NCBI GenBank assembly: GCA_028693335.1
Contig: JAQUVR010000009.1
Span: forward strand, 1-11,619
Source of the DNA: Candidatus Iainarchaeum sp.
GTDB lineage: Archaea > Iainarchaeota > Iainarchaeia > Iainarchaeales > CSSED10-239
Direction: 5' to 3'
DNA length: 11,619 bases
This document shows positions 6,782 through 11,619 of the stretch, in pieces. Positions within the stretch are counted from its first letter, which is position 1, and the number at the start of each line of letters is the position of its first letter. A program made the position numbers and the translations under genes. Below the pieces are notes generated by a model. That model made no database searches and was not told where the DNA came from. It saw only the letters and a list, made by a program, of their open reading frames with translations.

Positions 6782-7471
6782 ATGGCAAAAAAAGGAAGTA
6801 CTAAAGTATTAAAAACACAAAACGTTGGTTTTGTTCATAAAAGTGATAAAAAAAAGACATTTGTTATTAGACCAAATGCAGGTAAACACAATTTAAAGTC
6901 TGTAGTTAGTGTTGGTTATGTTTTAAGAGATTTATTACATTTAGCTGACAACACAAAAGAAGTTAAATTTATTATAAACAACAGAGACATTATAGTTGAT
7001 AAAAAACCAGCAAAAACCTACAAATTGCCAATAGGTTTTTATGATGTTATTGAGATCCCAAAATTAAATAAACAATACAGAGCAATAATTTTAGAAAACG
7101 GTCTTTTATCTTTAACAGAGATTCCAGATACAGAAACAAAATACAAAATTTGTAAAATTGTTAAAAAGAAATTAACAAAAAATGGAAATGTTCAATTAAT
7201 TACAAATGATGGACGATCTATTATTACAACAAATCAAGCATATAAAACAAAAGCGTCAGTTAAATTAGATTTAGAAGATAACACCATAAAAGAATATTAT
7301 CCATTAGAAAATGGAAGAAAAGTTTATGTTGTTGGTGGAAAACACAAAGGAACAAAAGGGACTATTGTTAATGTAACAAAAGGCCAAATGAACAAAGCAG
7401 ATTTAATCAAAATAAAAATCGGCGAACACGAATATGAAACAACAGAAAAGAATGTGTTTGTTATTAATTAA
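6782..7471 (+). CDS. rps4e: 30S ribosomal protein eS4 (S4e)
   Basis: 229 aa. AKKGSTKVLK N-terminus, PIGFYDVIEIP, and the KOW-like VVGGKHKGTKGTIV. Archaea/eukaryote-specific protein in its canonical slot. Confidence 0.93.
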   Translation: MAKKGSTKVLKTQNVGFVHKSDKKKTFVIRPNAGKHNLKSVVSVGYVLRDLLHLADNTKEVKFIINNRDIIVDKKPAKTYKLPIGFYDVIEIPKLNKQYRAIILENGLLSLTEIPDTETKYKICKIVKKKLTKNGNVQLITNDGRSIITTNQAYKTKASVKLDLEDNTIKEYYPLENGRKVYVVGGKHKGTKGTIVNVTKGQMNKADLIKIKIGEHEYETTEKNVFVIN

Positions 7472-7490
7472 TATTTAAAAGGGAATAGTT

Positions 7491-8012
7491 ATGTCAGAAA
7501 CAAAGCAAAATAATATGAAAGAAATTTTTATAGATAAAGTTACTGTAAATATGGGTGTTGGACAAGCTGGAGAAGAATTAGAAAAAGGATTAAAGATATT
7601 AGAGCTTGTTACAAAAAAAAAACCAGTAAAAACAATTGCAAAAGTAAAATTGCCAACATGGGGTATTAGACCAGGACTTCCAATTGGAGGAAAGGTTACA
7701 TTAAGAGATCAAGAGGCAATAGATTTTTTGGATTTGACATTAAAAGCAAAAAGTTATAAATTAAATAAAAAATCATTTTCAAATGATGGTAATTTTTCAT
7801 ATGGAATAAAAGAATATCTTGATGTTCCTGGAATCAAATATGATCCTAATTTAGGAATAAGAGGTTTTGATGTTTGTGTATCTTTGAAAAGAAAAGGATA
7901 TAGAGTAAAATTAAGAAAATACAATTTTGCAAAAATTGGAAAAAATCATCAAATAACAAAAGACGATGCAATTGACTTTGCAAAAGAAAAGTTAAAGGTA
8001 GTGATTGTATGA
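7491..8012 (+). CDS. rpl5: 50S ribosomal protein uL5 (L5)
   Basis: 173 aa. KVTVNMGVGQAGE, then GIKEYLDVPGIKYDPNLGIRGFDVCV, typical of uL5. Confidence 0.95.
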   Translation: MSETKQNNMKEIFIDKVTVNMGVGQAGEELEKGLKILELVTKKKPVKTIAKVKLPTWGIRPGLPIGGKVTLRDQEAIDFLDLTLKAKSYKLNKKSFSNDGNFSYGIKEYLDVPGIKYDPNLGIRGFDVCVSLKRKGYRVKLRKYNFAKIGKNHQITKDDAIDFAKEKLKVVIV

Positions 8013-8182
8013 ACGATACAAATTATAAAAAACTAAGCAAGACTAGTAAAGATCTAAAAAGATCAAGAAAATGTAGATTTTGTGAAACCCAAAGAGGTTT
8101 AATAAGAAAATATAATTTGTATATCTGTAGAAGATGTTTTAACGATCACGCAGAAGAACTTGGATTTAAGAAATACAATTAA
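8009..8182 (+). CDS. rps14: 30S ribosomal protein uS14, zinc-binding type Z (57 aa; absent from the supplied ORF track)
   Basis: Hand translation from ATG 8009 gives MNDTNYKKLSKTSKDLKRSRKCRFCETQRGLIRKYNLYICRRCFNDHAEELGFKKYN, ending at TAA 8180-8182. It has a CxxC...CxxC zinc ribbon and the RGLIRKY motif. ATGA overlap with the uL5 stop. Canonical slot between uL5 and uS8. Confidence 0.92.
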   Translation: MNDTNYKKLSKTSKDLKRSRKCRFCETQRGLIRKYNLYICRRCFNDHAEELGFKKYN

Positions 8183-8196
8183 ACGGAGAATTAAGT

Positions 8197-8213
8197 TTTA
8201 TAATATTTATAAT
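8197..8213 (+). promoter_or_regulatory. Tandem TATA-like octamers TTTATAAT-A-TTTATAAT in the uS14-uS8 spacer. Candidate internal promoter.
   Basis: Read directly, at 8197-8204 and 8206-8213, 18-34 nt upstream of ATG 8231. This 48-nt spacer is the longest in the cluster. The AT-rich background weakens the inference. Confidence 0.25.
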
Positions 8214-8230
8214 TATTTAGGTGAAAAACT

Positions 8231-8620
8231 ATGAGTTTAAATGACCCAATATCAGATGCGTTAAATAACATTTATAATGCAGAAAATGCAGCAAAACAGG
8301 TTTGCGTATTAAACCATTCAAAATTTTTGGAAAACATCGTAGATCTATTAAAAAAAGAAGGTTATATCAAACAATATAAATTGCAAGATAAAAAACCAGT
8401 AAAACAACTAGTAGTCTACTTGAATGGAAGAATAAACAAATGTAAATCCATAAAACCAAGATATGCTGTAGCAAAAACAGAATATGATAAATATGAAAAA
8501 TCATATTTAATATCTAGAGAAGTTGGAATGTTAATTGTGAGTACAACAGAAGGAATTATGAGTCACAAACAAGCAAAAGAAAAAGGTCTTGGTGGCAGAT
8601 TAATAGGATATATTTATTAA
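8231..8620 (+). CDS. rps8: 30S ribosomal protein uS8 (S8)
   Basis: 129 aa. NDPISDALNNIYNAE N-terminus and STTEGIMSHKQAKEKGLGGRLIGYIY C-terminus typical of uS8. AGGTGA SD 6 nt upstream. Confidence 0.96.
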   Translation: MSLNDPISDALNNIYNAENAAKQVCVLNHSKFLENIVDLLKKEGYIKQYKLQDKKPVKQLVVYLNGRINKCKSIKPRYAVAKTEYDKYEKSYLISREVGMLIVSTTEGIMSHKQAKEKGLGGRLIGYIY

Positions 8621-8643
8621 ATAAAATAAAAAGGTTGATTTTT

Positions 8644-9216
8644 GTGAAAACAGACAATACCATAAAAAAAAGAGAATTAAAGGAAATCACTTTAGATTTA
8701 TCTAATGATGTTAATGTAAATATATTAGAAGATTGTATAATTTTTGAAAAAGGCAAATCAAAAATTCAAATAAAATATAATCCAGTATATGTTTTAGTTA
8801 ACAAAAAAGATAATGCTATTGTAATTACTCCAATAAATTCAAGAAAAAGAACAAAAGCAGTTTTAAACACAACTGAAAAATTAATAACAAATGCAATACA
8901 TGGTTTAGATCATGAATATGTTTATAAATTAGCAATAGTTTTTTCACACTTTCCAATTACTGCAAAAGTTGATGGCGAGTATGTAATTATATCTAATTTC
9001 CTTGGAGAAAAAAAGCCAAGAAAAGCAAAGATTCTTCCAAATTGTCATGTTGATATTAAAGGAAGAGATGTTATTCTTAAATCAATAGACAAAACAGCAG
9101 CAGGACAAACAGCAGGAAATTTAGAAAAAGCAACAAAGGTTAAGAAAAAAGATTATAGAATGTTTGATGATGGTTGTTATATTGTAGAAAAACCAAAAAT
9201 TGAAAAGAAAAAATAA
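8644..9216 (+). CDS. rpl6: 50S ribosomal protein uL6 (L6)
   Basis: The uL6-like repeat architecture and the ISNFLGEKKPRKA segment. Synteny after uS8. GTG 8644 is preferred because the ORF-track TTG 8635 lies inside the SD-like AGGTTGAT (8632-8639). Confidence 0.9.
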   Translation: MKTDNTIKKRELKEITLDLSNDVNVNILEDCIIFEKGKSKIQIKYNPVYVLVNKKDNAIVITPINSRKRTKAVLNTTEKLITNAIHGLDHEYVYKLAIVFSHFPITAKVDGEYVIISNFLGEKKPRKAKILPNCHVDIKGRDVILKSIDKTAAGQTAGNLEKATKVKKKDYRMFDDGCYIVEKPKIEKKK

Positions 9217-9235
9217 TTATTTGATGTGATAATTT

Positions 9236-9574
9236 ATGAGTAATGATACACCAAATTTCAGGGGACACTTCCCATTAACAAATAGAAGAAAAAAAGGAAA
9301 TAAAAAACTTCAAAAATGGAGATATCCACAAGGTATTGATAGACACATGAGTACCAAGAAAGGTCCTCAACCAAAGATTGGATATGGTCATAAAAAAGAA
9401 GATAAGTTTAAGCACCCATTAGGTTTAAAAGAAATATTAATTAAATCCAAGACAGATCTAGAAAAAGTAACTCAAAAAGATATATTGATTAGATTTTCTA
9501 GTACAATAGGAAAAAAGAAAAAAGAAGAACTATACAAAATAGTTAAAGAAAAAGGGCTAAAGGCACTTAATTAA
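9236..9574 (+). CDS. rpl32e: 50S ribosomal protein eL32 (L32e)
   Basis: 112 aa. WRYPQGIDRHM, KIGYGHKK and HPLGLKEILI segments match the eL32 pattern. Archaea/eukaryote-specific, in its canonical slot. Confidence 0.92.
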   Translation: MSNDTPNFRGHFPLTNRRKKGNKKLQKWRYPQGIDRHMSTKKGPQPKIGYGHKKEDKFKHPLGLKEILIKSKTDLEKVTQKDILIRFSSTIGKKKKEELYKIVKEKGLKALN

Positions 9575-9594
9575 ATAACAAAGGTGTAATTTTT

Positions 9595-10044
9595 ATGAAG
9601 TTAAATAAATTAAAAGATTTTGCGTCAAAAATAATGAATAAAAGTAAACATAAATTAATTATTGACCAAGAAAAATATTTAGAAAATAAAGATACTGTAG
9701 ATAAGGCAATAACAAAAGAAGACGTAAAACAAATAATCAAATCAAGAGTTGTTAAGAAAAAACCAGACACAGGACATTCAAGAGGAAATGCAAGAGTTTT
9801 GTTAGAAAAGAAAAAATTAAAAAGAAAAAGAGGACCTGGTAAAAGAAAAGGAACCCCAAAAGCAAGAAATAAAACTAATGTTTATAATTTAAGAGTTAGA
9901 GGTCTTAGAAAAAGATTAAGAGAATTAAGAGACGAAGACAAATTAAATGGAAAAAATTATAATACAATTTATCGTAGAATTAAAGGAAATTACTTTAAAG
10001 GAAAGAAACACTTAGAAGAATATGTTAATGGTGAAAATAAATGA
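9595..10044 (+). CDS. rpl19e: 50S ribosomal protein eL19 (L19e)
   Basis: 149 aa. GHSRGNARV, the basic KRKRGPGKRKGT stretch, and LRGLRKRLRELR typical of eL19. Canonical slot. Confidence 0.93.
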   Translation: MKLNKLKDFASKIMNKSKHKLIIDQEKYLENKDTVDKAITKEDVKQIIKSRVVKKKPDTGHSRGNARVLLEKKKLKRKRGPGKRKGTPKARNKTNVYNLRVRGLRKRLRELRDEDKLNGKNYNTIYRRIKGNYFKGKKHLEEYVNGENK

Positions 10045-10553
10045 CAAGCGGACCAATTTATAAAGTTCCATTTAAAAGAAGAAAGGAACAAAAAACAAAC
10101 TATAAAAAAAGATTGGCAACCTTAAAATCAGAAAAGCATAGATTTGTTGCAAGACTATCTAATACTAGATTTTTTGCTCAAATTGTTGAATATAGTAAAG
10201 ATGGGGATAAAACACTATTGTTTGCAGATTCAAGAGAATTAAAAGCACTTGGCTGGAATTATAGTTTAAAAAACACATCTGCAGTTTATTTAACAGCATT
10301 ATTATTGTCAAAAAAGGCATTAAAAAATAAAATCCCAGAAGTAATTTTTGATTTAGGTGCAAAAAATTATAAATCCAGATCAAAGATATTTGCAGCACTT
10401 AAAGGAATTGTAGATTCTGGACTTCCATGTCCGTATGATGAGAAAGCATTTCCTGATGAAGATAGAATAAATGGAAAAGTTTTATCTGCACATACAAAAA
10501 AAGAAATGAATAAAGAATTTAATTTAATAAAAGAAAAAATATTAAAAATGTGA
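10041..10553 (+). CDS. rpl18: 50S ribosomal protein uL18 (L18/L5e)
   Basis: 170 aa. FKRRKEQKTNYKKRLATL and RFVARLSNTRFFAQIVEY typical of archaeal uL18. ATGA overlap with the eL19 stop. Confidence 0.94.
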   Translation: MTSGPIYKVPFKRRKEQKTNYKKRLATLKSEKHRFVARLSNTRFFAQIVEYSKDGDKTLLFADSRELKALGWNYSLKNTSAVYLTALLLSKKALKNKIPEVIFDLGAKNYKSRSKIFAALKGIVDSGLPCPYDEKAFPDEDRINGKVLSAHTKKEMNKEFNLIKEKILKM

Positions 10554-10560
10554 ATGTTAA

Positions 10561-11265
10561 ATGACTCCACAAATGAGAAATAGAGAAAGAACTCAAAGAA
10601 GAGAGAAAAGACCTGAAGCTGTTTTTGATAAAGAAGCATGGATGCCAAAAACAGAACTTGGAAAAAAAGTTAAAAGCGGGCAAATTTCATCAATTGATGA
10701 AATATTTAAGTCTGGTAAAAAAATTATGGAAGCAGAAATAATTGATTGCTTATTTCCAGATTTACAAGTAAAAACCGTTGATATTAAGAAAACCACAAGA
10801 GTTACAAGAGCTGGTAGACATTTTTCATTTAGAGTAAGTGTAATTGTTGGAGACGGTAATGGACATATTGGTGTTGGAACAGGAAAAAATATTGAAAGAA
10901 TAACTGCTCAACAAAAAGCAGTAAAAAATGCAAAATTAAATATTGTTCCAATTAAAAGAGGTTGTGGAAGTTGGGAATGTAATTGTACAAAGAAACACTC
11001 TATCCCATTTAAGACAATGGGAAAATCAGCATCATTAAGAGTAGAGTTGTTACCAGCTCCTAACGGTGTTGGACTTGCAGTAAGTGATACTATTAAACCA
11101 GTATTACAAATTGCTGGAATTGTTGATATTTGGTCAAGTACAAGAGGATCAACAGATACAAAATTAAACTTTGTAAGAGCAACAGTAAAGGCATTAGAAA
11201 ATTTATCTTCATTTAAATTTGCTGATGAAAAAGAAGCAATTAAAGAAACAGAAATAAAAGAATAA
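10561..11265 (+). CDS. rps5: 30S ribosomal protein uS5 (S5)
   Basis: 234 aa. TRVTRAGRHFSFRVSVIVGDGNGHIGVGTGK (dsRBD-like domain) and the GCGSWECNCTKKHSIPF segment seen in archaeal uS5. Confidence 0.96.
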   Translation: MTPQMRNRERTQRREKRPEAVFDKEAWMPKTELGKKVKSGQISSIDEIFKSGKKIMEAEIIDCLFPDLQVKTVDIKKTTRVTRAGRHFSFRVSVIVGDGNGHIGVGTGKNIERITAQQKAVKNAKLNIVPIKRGCGSWECNCTKKHSIPFKTMGKSASLRVELLPAPNGVGLAVSDTIKPVLQIAGIVDIWSSTRGSTDTKLNFVRATVKALENLSSFKFADEKEAIKETEIKE

Positions 11266-11287
11266 AATAAAAATTGGTAGAAAAACT

Positions 11288-11619
11288 ATGTTTGCAATTA
11301 TAAGAGTAAGAGGGCCTGTTAAGGTCAATGAAAAGATAGAAGACACTATGAAATTATTACATTTAACAAGATCAAATCACTGTGTAATCTATAAAGAAGA
11401 TAAAAAGATCAAAGGCATGGTTCATAAAATAAGAAATATGACAACCTTTGGAGAAATAGACAAAGAAACTTTAAAAAAAATGTTATTAAAAAGAGGATTT
11501 GTTTATAATGAAAAAGGCAAACTATTAAAATTTAAAGATCATTTTACAGATGAAAAAAAAGTAGATAAAATGATTGATGATATTTTAGAAAGTAAAGCAA
11601 AATTATCAGATTTTGGCAT
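11288..11619 (+). CDS. rpl30: 50S ribosomal protein uL30 (L30), 3'-truncated by the window end
   Basis: Hand translation from ATG 11288 gives MFAIIRVRGPVKVNEKIEDTMKLLHLTRSNHCVIYKED...TFGEIDKETLKKMLLKRG, typical of archaeal uL30. No stop before 11619. Canonical slot after uS5. Confidence 0.9.
   Translation, partial: MFAIIRVRGPVKVNEKIEDTMKLLHLTRSNHCVIYKEDKKIKGMVHKIRNMTTFGEIDKETLKKMLLKRGFVYNEKGKLLKFKDHFTDEKKVDKMIDDILESKAKLSDFG

Noticed and set aside
8556-8756. Antisense ORF 8556..8756 (minus strand) over the uS8/uL6 junction
   Set aside because: Compositional artefact opposite conserved genes. No regulatory signals.
9567-10796. Antisense ORFs 9567..9770, 10165..10398, 10367..10648 and 10593..10796 (minus strand)
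   Set aside because: All are F/L/I-rich shadows of the Lys-rich eL19, uL18 and uS5 genes. They overlap each other and the real genes, and no homology is recognisable.
1-11619. CRISPR array, mobile element, defence or toxin-antitoxin cassette, or other novel multi-gene system
   Set aside because: Every ORF of credible coding character maps to a canonical member of the archaeal ribosomal-protein supercluster in the expected order. There are no inserted genes, no direct-repeat/spacer architecture and no terminal inverted repeats. The locus is ordinary housekeeping DNA.
1-11619. Alternative genetic code (TGA or TAG reassignment), sometimes seen in reduced-genome lineages
   Set aside because: TAA, TAG and TGA each terminate conserved r-proteins at their expected C-termini, and no in-frame stops interrupt conserved domains.

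Overview
The window is almost entirely one co-directional (+ strand), tightly packed archaeal ribosomal-protein supercluster in canonical order: uL3-uL4-uL23-uL2-uS19-uL22-uS3-uL29-aSUI1-Rpp29(RNase P)-uS17-uL14-uL24-eS4-uL5-uS14-uS8-uL6-eL32-eL19-uL18-uS5-uL30 (uL30 truncated by the window end). eS4, eL32, eL19, aSUI1 and Rpp29 inside the cluster make it archaeal rather than bacterial. By eye the DNA is very AT-rich, with Lys (AAA) and Arg (AGA) codons dominating. Proteins are compact and divergent, which fits a small-genome AT-rich archaeon (DPANN-like is a guess; AT-rich methanogens are not excluded). The 57-aa zinc-ribbon uS14 gene (8009..8182) is missing from the supplied ORF track and was recovered by hand translation. 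I refined several ORF-track starts using a very regular GTGA(T)-type Shine-Dalgarno register. I see no CRISPR array, mobile element, tRNA/rRNA gene, defence or accessory cassette, and no credible evidence of a novel system: this is a core housekeeping locus. Five things merit a second look. (1) The unusually long 289-nt non-coding region upstream of uL3 has two perfect inverted repeats, one followed by a T6 tract (candidate attenuator or small RNA). (2) The Rpp29 homologue is very short, about 62 aa. (3) SD elements are embedded in the C-terminal codons of upstream genes. (4) A hairpin encloses the uL2 stop codon. (5) Tandem TATA-like octamers lie in the uS14-uS8 spacer. All antisense ORFs in the track look like compositional artefacts.
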